Assembly: GCA_963796275.1 (NCBI GenBank)
Contig: CAWCKY010000001.1
Coordinates: 736,001-800,000, forward strand
DNA: 64,000 nucleotides
From: an uncultured Acidobacteriota bacterium
Lineage (GTDB): Bacteria > Acidobacteriota > Blastocatellia > RBC074
Direction: 5' to 3'
How positions within the stretch are numbered: the stretch's first letter is position 1; every line of letters begins with the position of its first letter. The position numbers and the translations under genes were made by a program. The notes below the pieces were generated by a model. It did no database searches, was not told the origin of the DNA, and saw only the letters and a list, made by a program, of their open reading frames with translations. Shown here one piece after another: positions 20,040-31,336 of this stretch.

Positions 20040-22418
20040 TCACTTCTTTTTTCGCGTTTGCTTAGCAGGTGTGCTTACGCGGCGCTTTCTCATCTCGACC
20101 TGGGTCTCGGGTTCCGTGACGGTAACTCGGCGTTTTCTGGTGTGTAGATCAGATTGAGGATGAGGCGGAGGCGGTTCTTCAATCTCAATCGATAATTTAT
20201 TGCCCCGGTCCAATAAACTTTGCGGTTCAACCAATAATTTCGAGGGCATCGATAATTTCAGGTCAGAATCGACAACCGGTAATACGGCAGGTATTGGAGG
20301 AGGAGGGGTGCTTGGAAGAGGGCCGACATTCTTAGATGGATCGGCCTTCTTATCCAACGGTTTAATGCTGGCCAGGACTGCGGCGAGACCTGCGCCGGAT
20401 GTATCACCGCCTGATAGCCTTTCGTCCAGCCCATCGAGCGATCCATGAACCTTACGATAAATGCCTTCGATTACGGTCCGATCGACATCGATGCTCGATT
20501 TCGTCGAGGGCGGTTCGTATGCGGCGATGTATAAATCCAGAGCCTCACGCAGCTCTCCCTCGGCTTCACGGGCCAAAGCCAGATGCTTGATGGCTCGTTT
20601 ACTTTCAGGGAGGGACCCATAAGCCTTTACCGCTTCGCTCAGAACGCCGATCGCTTCCTGGTTTCGTTCGGATTTGAACAAAGCCCAGCCCTTCGCATCG
20701 AGAGCACGCCCGCGAAATATCATGAGGCGGCCTTCTCGGTCGTAATTCGGATAATCTCGCAACGAGCCTTCAAACTCCGTAGCCGCATCGGCCATACTGA
20801 TGGCGCGATCGGCAAGTTCGATCGCGGTGCCCGTCGCGATACCTGCATTGGCGAGTTGTTGCGCGATGTGGAGAGTGCGGAACGGGCGGCGCATCCTCTC
20901 CGATTCGATGAAATCTGTGGCGGCCCGGTCCAGCTCTAGAAGATAACTTCGCCTGATATTCAGATCGGTTTTGGCTCTACCGGGGCGAATCGGCGCCCTG
21001 GACTTCATCGCGCGAAGAGCGCTATTGAAACGCACCATAGATTCGATCATCTTGAACTGTTCCGCCGTGGTCGGCGGGTCGGCCAGAAAGATCGACGCTT
21101 GATGTTCGCGCGATAACAATTCCCTCAAACTCTCCGCCTGGATTTCCAATACTCCGCCCAACCTCGCCGTGAATTGTTTCTGAGTCGAATAACTGAATGC
21201 TTTGGCGAATTGATCCTGCGCGCCTTCAAAATCTTCGACCGCCAGATAGAGTTTTCCGATCGTGAAGAAAAGGGTCGGGAAACCGGCATATTGCCGTGCA
21301 GCCAGCAGGTTTCGTTCGGCATCGAAAAACTTGCCTTCAACGATATCCACTTCCGCCGCGGCTATGCGCGCCCAGGCGTAACGCGGTTCGATCCCGAGAG
21401 CGGCATCGGCGGCCGCTCTCGCCTGTTTCACCTTTCCCTGTTCGATGTAATAAAACGCCAGCTGGGTTTGCAGATAATTGTCCTTGGTGATCTCATCCGG
21501 CGCCCCGCGCAGCTTACTAACCTGATCAAGCGTAGCAGTTGCCTTTGACTCGTCGCCCTGCGCCAGATACGTCAAAGCCATCCCTTTGTATGACGGCAGG
21601 TGTTTTGGGTCTATTTCCAACTGTTTTTTGTAAAGATTGATGGCGTCGGAATATGCGCCGTGTGCGCGGTAGAGGTTAGCCAGATCGTAGTAGCACCTGT
21701 TGTCGTTCGGATCGATCTTGATCGCGTGTTGAATCTCGGCTATTGCGTCATCGAGGCGCAATCCGATGCGATAGGCAGCGCCCAGCAGGCGATGCAGCCC
21801 GGCCTCGCTGCTCAGTCGTACTGCGGTTTCGAGCGCTCTTATAGCATCGACCGGGGCTTCAATGGTCATATAGAATTCGCCCAGCCCTCCGAGACGCCGC
21901 GGGTCCTCGGCAAATCGTTTTTCCAGCTGGCGCGTCAGATCGATTGCTTCTATGCGATACCCGCGGACGGAGACGGCTTGCGGCATACGCATGATTGTCT
22001 CGATGAAAAATCGGTCGGAAACATTTCCCGGTATTGCATCAATAGCTTTGCGAAATCCGGCCACCGCTTTCTCGATGTTATTTTCGCGGAGTTGGACCTC
22101 TGCCAGCTGGGCGTATGTCCTCACGACGGCATCGCGAGCAGCCTGAATTTTTGCGGGCTCATTGCTCGATTGAATAAATTGTTGCAGGGCCTCGAGGCGC
22201 GCCGCCGGGTCTTCAATGGCCAGCGCCGCTTCGATTGTGCCGGGAGGAAGTGGTGTTGATTGCGGTTGCGCGGCTGCCGTTATACCTAACAGGATCAGGC
22301 TGAAAAATACGAAGAAGCAAGAAGGACAAAAAGATACGAAACGGAGCAACAGGGCAGAAACGGCAAATATCCCGCGATTTTTGCTCTTTTTGCCTGTTTT
22401 TGTCCTTTTTGCTTCCAT
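20040..22418 (-). CDS. Secreted TPR-repeat protein with Pro-rich basic tail
   Basis: Hydrophobic N-terminal segment ending AAA-Q; several TPR-like repeats (e.g. YYDLANLYRAHGAYSDAINLYKKQLEIDP). Confidence 0.8.
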   Translation of the reverse strand: MEAKRTKTGKKSKNRGIFAVSALLLRFVSFCPSCFFVFFSLILLGITAAAQPQSTPLPPGTIEAALAIEDPAARLEALQQFIQSSNEPAKIQAARDAVVRTYAQLAEVQLRENNIEKAVAGFRKAIDAIPGNVSDRFFIETIMRMPQAVSVRGYRIEAIDLTRQLEKRFAEDPRRLGGLGEFYMTIEAPVDAIRALETAVRLSSEAGLHRLLGAAYRIGLRLDDAIAEIQHAIKIDPNDNRCYYDLANLYRAHGAYSDAINLYKKQLEIDPKHLPSYKGMALTYLAQGDESKATATLDQVSKLRGAPDEITKDNYLQTQLAFYYIEQGKVKQARAAADAALGIEPRYAWARIAAAEVDIVEGKFFDAERNLLAARQYAGFPTLFFTIGKLYLAVEDFEGAQDQFAKAFSYSTQKQFTARLGGVLEIQAESLRELLSREHQASIFLADPPTTAEQFKMIESMVRFNSALRAMKSRAPIRPGRAKTDLNIRRSYLLELDRAATDFIESERMRRPFRTLHIAQQLANAGIATGTAIELADRAISMADAATEFEGSLRDYPNYDREGRLMIFRGRALDAKGWALFKSERNQEAIGVLSEAVKAYGSLPESKRAIKHLALAREAEGELREALDLYIAAYEPPSTKSSIDVDRTVIEGIYRKVHGSLDGLDERLSGGDTSGAGLAAVLASIKPLDKKADPSKNVGPLPSTPPPPIPAVLPVVDSDLKLSMPSKLLVEPQSLLDRGNKLSIEIEEPPPPHPQSDLHTRKRRVTVTEPETQVEMRKRRVSTPAKQTRKKK

Positions 22419-22421
22419 AAC

Positions 22422-23280
22422 TCAGAATGCCAGGTTTCTCAGATAATCGTGACTGATCTTAATACTATCGAACGGAAGATCCGGGACACCGGTCCTGTTC
22501 AACGATGTAATATTTTACCCCGGCGCTCTTGCTCTGCGCGAAAATATCTTTGAAATTGATGGTGCCGCGCCCTACTTCAGTGAAGGACTGGTTGGGCGTG
22601 TTATCCATGTCTTTGACGTGGAAGGCGATAACTCGTCCCGGATATTTTTTCATGTAAGCTAGGGCGTCCTGATTTCCTTTCTTGATCCAGTAAAGGTCCA
22701 ATTCTATCTTCACCAGGTTCTTGTCGGTTTCCGCCAGTAACACATCGAGCGGCACCTGGCCATCGATCGGAATGAATTCGAAATCGTGATTGTGATATCC
22801 AAATTCGATCCCGGCCTGCTTGCATGCAGCCGCGGCTTTGTTGAATGTCTCGGCATGGCGCTTGTAATCGTCAATGGTTTTACGGTCATCCGGATTGAGG
22901 TAGGGACAGACTATAAGTTTATGACCGATCACTTTTGCCGCATCGATAGAAGCATCAAGCTTCATGCGGAGATCTGCCAGCGAAACGTGAGCGGATGGCG
23001 CTTCCAGTCCGTGGCGAACGAGAATCTCCTTGACTTGTTGTGGGGTGCGATCGTAATAGCCTGCGAATTCTACCTGGTCGTAACCGATGGCTGCGATCTT
23101 TTGCAGCGATCCCTCGAAGTCTTTACCCATCTCGCTGCGAAGCGTGTAGAGCTGCACACCGATTTTCCCGAGTTTGGTGGTGGTGAAAGTGTTGAAATAA
23201 GGTGATTCGAAATGGGCCATTGCCAGTGCCCCAAGCGTGCCTTTGCCAGAGGTGTAGAGGAATGATCTACGGTTTATCAT
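22422..23280 (-). CDS. Tat-exported sugar phosphate isomerase/epimerase with an apparent frameshift near the C-terminus
   Basis: NRRSFL, GVQLYTLR, YHNHDFEF, ELDLYW, HVKD, EQD; the ORF stops at 22465, but removing 1 nt restores PFDSIKISHDYLRNLAF* ending at 22422. Confidence 0.8.
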
Positions 23281-23806
23281 ATTCGTTTCTCCGATGATTA
23301 GATTGATTGTTGGGTAATCGTATCTATATTATCCGATTGTTCTATCCATCTATACAAGTTATATCCAATTGTAAACTCGGAGCAGAACTGGCTGAGTCCA
23401 TAGATAATTTATCGGAGGAGGGATTTCTTTTACGGGCGCGCCTTAAGCAAAATTATAAGCTGATTGAGTTTAACCTGAATTTTTCACGCTGTTGATTCGA
23501 TTTCATCCAATCTCCTTCCTTCAAAGTATTTCCCGCTACTATTATTTTAATAAAAAATAAATCTTAAAGGATATTATCTATCCTGGCGAAGGGACAGATG
23601 CAAGGCATTTCGGGGTTTCTTTTGCCAGATTGTGGAGATCTTCAAAAAAGATATTCGTCATTGGTCAACTTTCGGTCAATCCTTTGTCATTTAAGCGAGG
23701 CGCAAAAGTCCTTTATGGGTGATTTCTGTGAAATGAAACCCCATGGTAAGAGGCAGCTGAGGCGAGTCAAATTTGAATAAAAATGTAGACGATTTTAACG
23801 TCGGAT

Positions 23807-26260
23807 TTACATTAGGTTCACCGGATCTACCTCAATCGTTATCATCCTCAAATCACGTCCCGCCTCCTTAAGATCCGACATTGCCGCATCCAGCGCCTCG
23901 CGCGCCTGCCGCCGGTACCGAGTTTTGATCAGTACCTGCAACCTATGTTCGCCTTTCAACCTCGCGATCGGCGCGGGCGCCGGGCCCAGAACTTTTAACA
24001 CCTTCTCGGTATCGGCTGCCCTGATCGATCCGGCCAGGTCGGAAGCCAGACTTGCCGCTTTGGCGAATTCCGTGTGTTTGACCAGGACATTTATCAAAGC
24101 CACGAATGGGGGATAGCGCATATTGCGGCGAAAATTGATTTCGTGCTCGTAAAATCCCTCGTAGTTCTGATCGCGCGCATACTCGAGCGCGTAATGCTCG
24201 GTGTAGTAACTTTGAATTATCACGCGGCCGGCCTTCTCTCCTCGCCCGGCTCGTCCGGCGACCTGGGTCAGCAATTGAAAAGTACGCTCAGCGGAGCGGA
24301 AATCAGGCATTCCCAGCCCCGCATCGACGGAGATAACGCAAACCAGGGTGACATTATGAAAGTCGTGCCCTTTCGCTATCATCTGGGTGCCGACCATAAG
24401 GTCTATGTCCCCGCTCGCAAATTCATTGAGCAGTTTTTCAAAGGTTCCGCGGCGGCGAGTCGTATCCCGATCCAGACGCGAGACGCGCAATTGCGGGAAC
24501 ATCTCTTTTAACAGGGTCTCGATCTGCTCAGTGCCTTCGCCCATATAGTAGATGAATGGTCCTTCGCAATCCGGGCAAGTGCGCGGCACGCGCTCCTGAT
24601 GGTTGCAGTAGTGGCAAATCAGACGCGCTTCGCTCTTGTGGTAGGTCAGCGTGACGTCGCAATTCGGACAGCGCGCCGTGTGTCCGCAGCTCCGGCAGAG
24701 CGTAAATGACGAAAAACCGCGGCGGTTGAGCAGGACGAGCGTCTGTTCCCTCCGCTCGTGGTTCTCCATGATTGCTTCTTTCATCTCGTCCGAGAAGACC
24801 TGCTGTTTGCCGTGCCGAGTGAAAACTTCGCGCTGGTCTACCACCTCGACGCGAGCCAGCCGGCGTCCGCCGAACCGTTCGTCAAGTCTGATATAGCGGT
24901 ATTTGTCGGTCTGAGCGTTGTGAAATGATTCCATCGAAGGAGTGGCGCTGCCCAGGATCACAACAGCCTGAGCGCGGCTCGCGCGCAGAATCGCCGTGTC
25001 GCGCCCGTGATAACGCGGAGACTCGTCCTGCCTGTATGAGGCTTCGTGCTCTTCATCTACGACTATCAGGCCGAGATTTTCCAACGGAGCGAAGATGGCA
25101 GACCGCGCACCGATGCAGACGCGCGCGTCGCCCTGCCGTATGCGGTTCCATTCGTCCAAGCGCTCACCGTCGGAAAGCGATGAGTGAAGAATTGCGACCG
25201 CATCTCCGAAGTTCGCGCGCAATCGGCGGGCGAACATAGGCGTCAGTGAAATCTCGGGAACCAGCATCAAAGAGCTCTTGCCTTTGTCGATCGCCGCCCG
25301 CATCGCCCGCAGATATATTTCGGTTTTGCCGCTGCCCGTTACGCCGTGCAGCAAAAACGCCGCGTATTCACGCTCATTGAGTTTTTCGACGATTTGATCG
25401 AGGGCGGATTGTTGTTTGGGGGTGAGCACTATGCCATCCCGGCTGGGTTGTCCCTTTAAATGCCCGAGCGGATTGCGCCGTACCTCGCGCGTGAAGACCT
25501 CGACGAAACCGCGTTTTTCAAGCGTGCGAATTACCGAGGGCGCGACATCCGCCATCTCCGCGAGCTGCGCGAATGCGATCGGTTCGGGCGAGTCGAACAG
25601 AATCTTTACGATCTTCTCCTGTTTTTCGTTGAGCGGCTTGCTGCCTTCGATCGGCGCACGCTCGATCAATCTGACGGCCTGCTGCCGCTTCGGTTTGACC
25701 TGCGCCGACAACATTTGGCGCGTCACCGTGACATACCCGGATCGTTCGAGTTCTCGGATCAGGGCCGTTGCGCGAGCTTTATCGAATTGTTTGCCCAGGG
25801 CGCTCGAAGTGATCATCCCTTCGTCTGCGATAGCTGCCAGCGCCTGCATTTTCGATGATTTCGATCGCTTCGCAGAGGAGAGCGCGTGCCGCCCCTCTTC
25901 AGTGACCGAGACGATCGTTTCAACCTCTGCGTTGATGCCTGCGGGCAGACACGATTTCATTACTTCACCCCACGGGGCATAGTAATAATCGGCGATCCAT
26001 TTCGTAAGATCCAGCAGTTCGGGCGTGACGAGCGGTACCGTGTCGAAAAGCTCCTCGACATCCTTGATCTCATGATCCTCCGGGTTCTGCCCCGCCACTT
26101 CGAGCGATTCAAAAACGTCGACGATATAGCCCGTAATCAATTGTTTTCCGAACGGAACGAGGACGCGACACCCGGGTTTGGCGCTCGCCCCGAAGCTTTC
26201 GGGCAGACGGTACGTGAAGGTCTGGTGAAGATTCAGTGGGATGGCGACTTCGGCAAACAT
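23807..26260 (-). CDS. priA: Primosomal protein N'
   Basis: [25 protein letters not shown], four CxxC pairs, [19 protein letters not shown]. Confidence 0.97.
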   Translation of the reverse strand: MFAEVAIPLNLHQTFTYRLPESFGASAKPGCRVLVPFGKQLITGYIVDVFESLEVAGQNPEDHEIKDVEELFDTVPLVTPELLDLTKWIADYYYAPWGEVMKSCLPAGINAEVETIVSVTEEGRHALSSAKRSKSSKMQALAAIADEGMITSSALGKQFDKARATALIRELERSGYVTVTRQMLSAQVKPKRQQAVRLIERAPIEGSKPLNEKQEKIVKILFDSPEPIAFAQLAEMADVAPSVIRTLEKRGFVEVFTREVRRNPLGHLKGQPSRDGIVLTPKQQSALDQIVEKLNEREYAAFLLHGVTGSGKTEIYLRAMRAAIDKGKSSLMLVPEISLTPMFARRLRANFGDAVAILHSSLSDGERLDEWNRIRQGDARVCIGARSAIFAPLENLGLIVVDEEHEASYRQDESPRYHGRDTAILRASRAQAVVILGSATPSMESFHNAQTDKYRYIRLDERFGGRRLARVEVVDQREVFTRHGKQQVFSDEMKEAIMENHERREQTLVLLNRRGFSSFTLCRSCGHTARCPNCDVTLTYHKSEARLICHYCNHQERVPRTCPDCEGPFIYYMGEGTEQIETLLKEMFPQLRVSRLDRDTTRRRGTFEKLLNEFASGDIDLMVGTQMIAKGHDFHNVTLVCVISVDAGLGMPDFRSAERTFQLLTQVAGRAGRGEKAGRVIIQSYYTEHYALEYARDQNYEGFYEHEINFRRNMRYPPFVALINVLVKHTEFAKAASLASDLAGSIRAADTEKVLKVLGPAPAPIARLKGEHRLQVLIKTRYRRQAREALDAAMSDLKEAGRDLRMITIEVDPVNLM

Positions 26261-28312
26261 CTATTTAGCAACCTGATAAACGCGGTATCCCCCGTGATCG
26301 ATCGCGAGCGGATATCTTTGCGCAAAGTAATTCTCATCGGCGAAAAGTTGTGACCGTTCGACCGGGCCGATAACGACGTAGGCGACATTAAAGCGCGAGA
26401 GAAATTCAGAGGTCTCCAGTCCGCCGCGATATGCCGATAATACTTCGGCCTCTCGCTGCCTGTAATTGATCCCGTGCGTCCACAGATGGCCGGGATATCC
26501 CATAATCGATTGACGGCCAGATAATGCCGCGACCGAGTTGTGGATTGGCGCGTGCAGAATTACCGAGCGAGGCGGCGTCTTTTCGCGCAAGATTGAGGCC
26601 AATTCCAGCTCTTCCTTACCAAAGAGCCTGATATTTTCGGCAGGCGACAATGCGCGCACCACATCCAGCCCGCCCGCAAGCGTCAATGCTATGAATATCA
26701 GCGTGGCGGGCAAAACCGCGAATCGCCGCGTAAACAGATAAGACAGCATAATCGCGACCAGCGGGCATGAGGCGAGCGACCAGTAGATCAGCACTTTGAT
26801 GTTGTCCCACGGCCAGGGCGCCAGCGAGAGCACATTGGGGACGAGGAACCAGAGTAAAAATGGCAGATAAAAACGCTTCAGCCTCGGTTCGATAGATTTG
26901 TATGTCAACAATGCTGCGATTAATAATGCGAGAAATATCCCGGCATTAACGCTCCAAAAAGTGAGGAGGCTCGATTCTCCGGCCTCTTTCCACAATTCAA
27001 ATTTGAACAAGGAGTCTCTGACCGGCGTCCCTTTCAGCCACCACATCTGCGGAGCGGCGAGCGCAACAACCGGCGCATAGAATGCAATCCACTTCCGCGA
27101 GGGGAACAACAAAACCACGGGCAAGCTCGCGATCATCACGGCAAAAAAGCCGTGCGTGTGCAACATCGGTAAGATGCCTGCCAGAATACCTGCGGACAGG
27201 AGATAAGGTGACGGTGGGATTAAGCGATTGAGCGATGCGGTTATCAAACCTCCTTGTCCTTCTGTTCCTTTATCAACCTGACTTCTTTTCGCTCCATCGC
27301 CCCGCAACCCCGTCCAGCCATCGCCTTTCCCTTTGCTTTCCCCGACCGCCATCCACCAGAGCGTGATGATAATTGCGGCAATGGGCAATCCGAATAGCAT
27401 AGATCGCTGAGGAATCAGCAGTGTCGTGAAGACATTACCCCAACGCAGTGGGATTTTTCCTTCCGGAGAAGCCGACAATATCAGATCGGCGTTCATCGTA
27501 TACGTTTTCGGCAAGTGTCCGAAAAAACTGACTAAACCATATTTCAACTGATTCGGATCTTTCCAAAATGCGGCGAGATCGTGAAAGAAGTTGATGAAGC
27601 CGAGGCCGCCATTGAAGAGAAATACCGCCGGAGCGAGACGGGCCGCCAGTTTGTTGCCCGTTAGCCTCAGCGTCATCGAATCGATCAAACCGACCAGAGA
27701 GAGCGATAGCACGAAGTTTTCGATGAAAAATGCCGTGCGCCAATCGGCTCCGCAACGCATGAAGAAAGCAGTCAGAAAATCGACCAGGAAAGGATAAGTA
27801 AACTTCGTCCCCGCGAAGATTGGATTCTGAGGCGGCAGGTTCTCTCCGTATGCGAATGATGTGACGACGCTCAAATGAAATGGCAGATCGCCGTAGTTAT
27901 TTGCCGGCGCCGTGTGTATCCCGCCGGGATAGAGCATCAAAACTCGCCCGAAAAGCCATGCCAGCAAAACGGCCCACCCGGCATAATAGATGACACCCGT
28001 TTTTGACAAACCGATCGAATCTGATTCATCGCGGATACGCCTGGGCGAAATCAGTCGAAGTAGAATAATCAGGCCAATTACAAGAACTGAAGACGTCAGT
28101 ACGATCGTGGTTGTGTTCAATCCGATCGCAAGTGAAATGAGGAATGAGGTCCAGGTTAGTGCGGCTAACCCTATCACTGAGCCTGCGCAAAGGCGTGCAG
28201 TCAAAGTTATTCGATCGGTCACCTGAAAGGTCAACAAAATTCCGTTCGCAATGGCGATCAGCGTGATGATGATGACGATTATTGTACCCATCAGAATCTG
28301 TATATCGGTCAA
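26261..28312 (-). CDS. Polytopic membrane protein, possibly GT-C glycosyltransferase-like
   Basis: More than 10 hydrophobic segments; loop GDLPFHL..PP.NP.FAG..YPF; soluble C-terminal domain GYPGHLWTHG; abuts the priA start. Confidence 0.6.
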   Translation of the reverse strand: MTDIQILMGTIIVIIITLIAIANGILLTFQVTDRITLTARLCAGSVIGLAALTWTSFLISLAIGLNTTTIVLTSSVLVIGLIILLRLISPRRIRDESDSIGLSKTGVIYYAGWAVLLAWLFGRVLMLYPGGIHTAPANNYGDLPFHLSVVTSFAYGENLPPQNPIFAGTKFTYPFLVDFLTAFFMRCGADWRTAFFIENFVLSLSLVGLIDSMTLRLTGNKLAARLAPAVFLFNGGLGFINFFHDLAAFWKDPNQLKYGLVSFFGHLPKTYTMNADLILSASPEGKIPLRWGNVFTTLLIPQRSMLFGLPIAAIIITLWWMAVGESKGKGDGWTGLRGDGAKRSQVDKGTEGQGGLITASLNRLIPPSPYLLSAGILAGILPMLHTHGFFAVMIASLPVVLLFPSRKWIAFYAPVVALAAPQMWWLKGTPVRDSLFKFELWKEAGESSLLTFWSVNAGIFLALLIAALLTYKSIEPRLKRFYLPFLLWFLVPNVLSLAPWPWDNIKVLIYWSLASCPLVAIMLSYLFTRRFAVLPATLIFIALTLAGGLDVVRALSPAENIRLFGKEELELASILREKTPPRSVILHAPIHNSVAALSGRQSIMGYPGHLWTHGINYRQREAEVLSAYRGGLETSEFLSRFNVAYVVIGPVERSQLFADENYFAQRYPLAIDHGGYRVYQVAK

Positions 28313-28444
28313 GAGCAGATTTCACAAGTGCATATCCCTCATCCCCATCTTGACCACTCATACGCGCGGCTCTTATAGTTATCGAGAATTGTGTGATACC
28401 AGCGCAACATCGGTTTTTGAAAAGTAGTTAATGAAGGAGTAAAA

Positions 28445-29092
28445 GTGATCGATTCTCAGAATGATGTAATAAACCGAGCAACAGCAGGTTTCACGATCAG
28501 GAAAGAAGCCGAAGCAAATCTACCGACCGAATTTGGTCCTTTCCGAATCGTCGGATTTCGCAGTACGACCAGTGACGAAGAGTTCGTCGCATTGGTCAAA
28601 GGTGAAATCAAACCTGAAAATCCTATACTAGTTCGTATTCATTCACAGTGCCTGACAGGCGACGTATTTCACTCGTTGAAGTGCGACTGTGGGCCCCAGC
28701 TCGAACGGGCTATGGAGATGGTGCAGGAGGAGGGAAGCGGCATCATCGTATACCAGCAGCAGGAAGGTCGAGGCATAGGGATAGTCAATAAGATCCGCGC
28801 TTATGCCTTGCAGGATCAAGGCGCGGATACCATCGAGGCGAATCTACAGCTGGGGTTCGGCATCGATGAACGCGAATACAACCAATGTGCAGAGGTGATC
28901 AAGCTTCTGGGCGCGCGGCGATTGCGGCTGATGTCGAATAATCCCGATAAACTCCGCTCTCTCAGGGACGCCGGTCTCGAGGTCGTCGAGCGCGTCCCCC
29001 TGGAAGTCAAGGCGAAGGAACCTGCATTCAAATATCTGCTCACCAAGAAGGAGAAGATGGGGCATCTATTGCGATTGAACGGAATTTTTTAA
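28445..29092 (+). CDS. ribA: GTP cyclohydrolase II
   Basis: [45 protein letters not shown]. Confidence 0.95.
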   Translation: MIDSQNDVINRATAGFTIRKEAEANLPTEFGPFRIVGFRSTTSDEEFVALVKGEIKPENPILVRIHSQCLTGDVFHSLKCDCGPQLERAMEMVQEEGSGIIVYQQQEGRGIGIVNKIRAYALQDQGADTIEANLQLGFGIDEREYNQCAEVIKLLGARRLRLMSNNPDKLRSLRDAGLEVVERVPLEVKAKEPAFKYLLTKKEKMGHLLRLNGIF

Positions 29093-29200
29093 ATGCGGGG
29101 GGATTCACCACGAAATCTCCAGAAGTACGAAAGATACAAAGATACTTTTCTTTATTATTTACTTGGTGTTTTTGTCCCGGTTTTGGGGATTACTCCGCAA

Positions 29201-29743
29201 TCAGTATTCTTGCAGCATCCGATAAACCATATGCACGGGCAATCCGACGACATTCGAATAACTGCCTTCTATGCATTCGACGAAACGGGATGCGTAGCCT
29301 TGAATGCCGTAAGCTCCAGCTTTGTCCATGGGCTCTCCCGTCGAGATATACCAATCGATTTCAGATTCGCTCATTTCTGTGAATTTGACGCGGGTGATCG
29401 AGACCTCGGACTGAATTTTACCTTCACGTAGCAGCGAGACGGCGGTCAAGACGTCATGCCATTTTCCGTTCAAAGCCTTGAGCATTCGCCGCGCATCTTC
29501 GGTGTTAACCGGTTTTCCTGCGATATCGCCATCTATAACAACAATTGTATCTGCGCCGAGCACCAACACGTCATTCCCGGCGACGGCCATGGCTTTCGCG
29601 CGCGATAAGCGCAGCACATAATCGAGCGGAGACTCGCCCGTCAGTACGGCCTCGTCAACGTCAGAGATTCGAACCGTAAATTCGATCCCGGCAGTGCGGA
29701 GCAGTTCGGCGCGGCGTGGAGAGCCGGAAGCAAGAATTAGCAT
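29201..29743 (-). CDS. maf: Maf nucleotide pyrophosphatase
   Basis: [31 protein letters not shown]. Confidence 0.95.
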   Translation of the reverse strand: MLILASGSPRRAELLRTAGIEFTVRISDVDEAVLTGESPLDYVLRLSRAKAMAVAGNDVLVLGADTIVVIDGDIAGKPVNTEDARRMLKALNGKWHDVLTAVSLLREGKIQSEVSITRVKFTEMSESEIDWYISTGEPMDKAGAYGIQGYASRFVECIEGSYSNVVGLPVHMVYRMLQEY

Positions 29744-29744
29744 T

Positions 29745-31139
29745 TTATTTAACGCGACTGGTTTTGCGTTTGATGAAATCCATCATCACATACTCACCCA
29801 GGCTGAGGCTGGTCGTGAAATATGCCTTTCCGTGCGCGATCTCGGTCATCGCCTTGACGAACTCTACCAGATAGTAATCGTCAGTCAGCATGAAAGTGTT
29901 GACGAGGATACCGGATCGCCGGCACTGGGCGGCCTCTGCCAGCGTCGCATCGACGATCATAGGATCGAGCCCCATCGAGTTTTTATATAACCTGCGGCCC
30001 GAACCGCTGTCGCTTCTTGCGCTTGAGCCCGATAAATTGTTGCGAAATGGATCGCCGTCGACGAACAATGCGGACGGTTTTCCATCAGTGATCATGATGA
30101 TTTGCCGCATGTCTTTGCGCTGCGACTGCAGGATGCGCCGCGCCAGCTTCAGGCCCTCGCAGGTGTTGGTGTGATACGGTCCGACCTGCACATTTGCCAG
30201 TTTCGCGAGCGGGACTTCCTCGGCTGAATCGTGGAAGAGAACCAGCCGCAGGCTGTCCCCCGGATACTGGGTTCGTATCAGATGCGATAGCGCCAGGGCC
30301 ACGCGCTTGGCCGGCGTGAACCGGTCCTCACCGTAAAGGATCATCGAGTGTGAGCAGTCGAGCATTACCACCGTTGCGCAGGACGATTGATACTCGGATT
30401 GATGGACCATGAGGTCGCGATAGTCTAAGTTGAGGGGAACTCCCAGACCTTCCCGGCCGATGGCGTTTAACAATGTTGCGGTGACATCGAGATTAAGCGT
30501 ATCGCCGAACTCATAATTCTTCGACGATTCGTAAGCCTCGACACCGGTCGCCAGATAATTAGTGTCGTGACGACCGAAAGAAGACTTTCCGAGGCTTCCC
30601 ATCAGGTTCTTGAGCGTCTTGTAGCCCAGAAAATCGATGCCCTTCTCCGTAATTTCAAACTTGATATTCGGCTTTTTGTAGTTTTCAGTCCGGCCCTTTT
30701 GCTGCTGCTCACGGGAACGCGCGCGGCGCGCTTCGCCGTCATTGTCGAACATCGATTCGATCTCGTCAGGGTCGCCCTGGATATTCAAGTAGCCTTCCTC
30801 GATCAATCGCCTGATCAACCGATCGATCAGCTCGTCGAGCCGTTCGTCGCGGGCATTTCCCTCTTCATCGAAGAGCTGGCTGCTCTGCTCTTCATCGAGC
30901 AGCCCGGAATTCCGCAGCGCCTCGCGAATCGCACGGCGCAGTGACTCGAGCGGGTCATCCGAATCGGAATCGTCGAATCGATCGTAATCCCAGTCCCGCG
31001 CCCACCGGCGATAGTGCTGTCGGAACTGATCCTCAAAGCCGCTCCGCAGCAGGTGATCGGTGAGGGCATCCATCAATTCTTCAAGGCTGATGTCATCCCA
31101 GCTCTGGCCGGTCCATTTTGAATATCTAGTGAAGCGCAT
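29745..31139 (-). CDS. VWA domain protein
   Basis: MIDAS motif [19 protein letters not shown]. Confidence 0.88.
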   Translation of the reverse strand: MRFTRYSKWTGQSWDDISLEELMDALTDHLLRSGFEDQFRQHYRRWARDWDYDRFDDSDSDDPLESLRRAIREALRNSGLLDEEQSSQLFDEEGNARDERLDELIDRLIRRLIEEGYLNIQGDPDEIESMFDNDGEARRARSREQQQKGRTENYKKPNIKFEITEKGIDFLGYKTLKNLMGSLGKSSFGRHDTNYLATGVEAYESSKNYEFGDTLNLDVTATLLNAIGREGLGVPLNLDYRDLMVHQSEYQSSCATVVMLDCSHSMILYGEDRFTPAKRVALALSHLIRTQYPGDSLRLVLFHDSAEEVPLAKLANVQVGPYHTNTCEGLKLARRILQSQRKDMRQIIMITDGKPSALFVDGDPFRNNLSGSSARSDSGSGRRLYKNSMGLDPMIVDATLAEAAQCRRSGILVNTFMLTDDYYLVEFVKAMTEIAHGKAYFTTSLSLGEYVMMDFIKRKTSRVK

Positions 31140-31140
31140 T

Positions 31141-31331
31141 TTAATTTTAAATTTAAGATTTTAAATTTAAGATTTTAAATTTTAACTCTTTTTCAATTTA
31201 CCAATCGTCCAAAACTTGCCTGCATGATGGTCGCTCGGCCGCCGTCTGGCTGTAACTCGCTTTGCCGTGCTCTCCGCTGCGCGCTTAATGTTAAATGTAA
31301 AATTTAAAATGTAAAATTTAAAATTTTAACT
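31141..31331. repeat. AT-rich heptamer-like arrays flanking a degenerate duplicate of the 3' end of the 31337-32827 gene
   Basis: TTTAAAT/TTAAGAT arrays at 31141-31187 and 31287-31331; 31175-31285 aligns to 31319-31442. Confidence 0.8.
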
Positions 31332-31336
31332 GCTTT

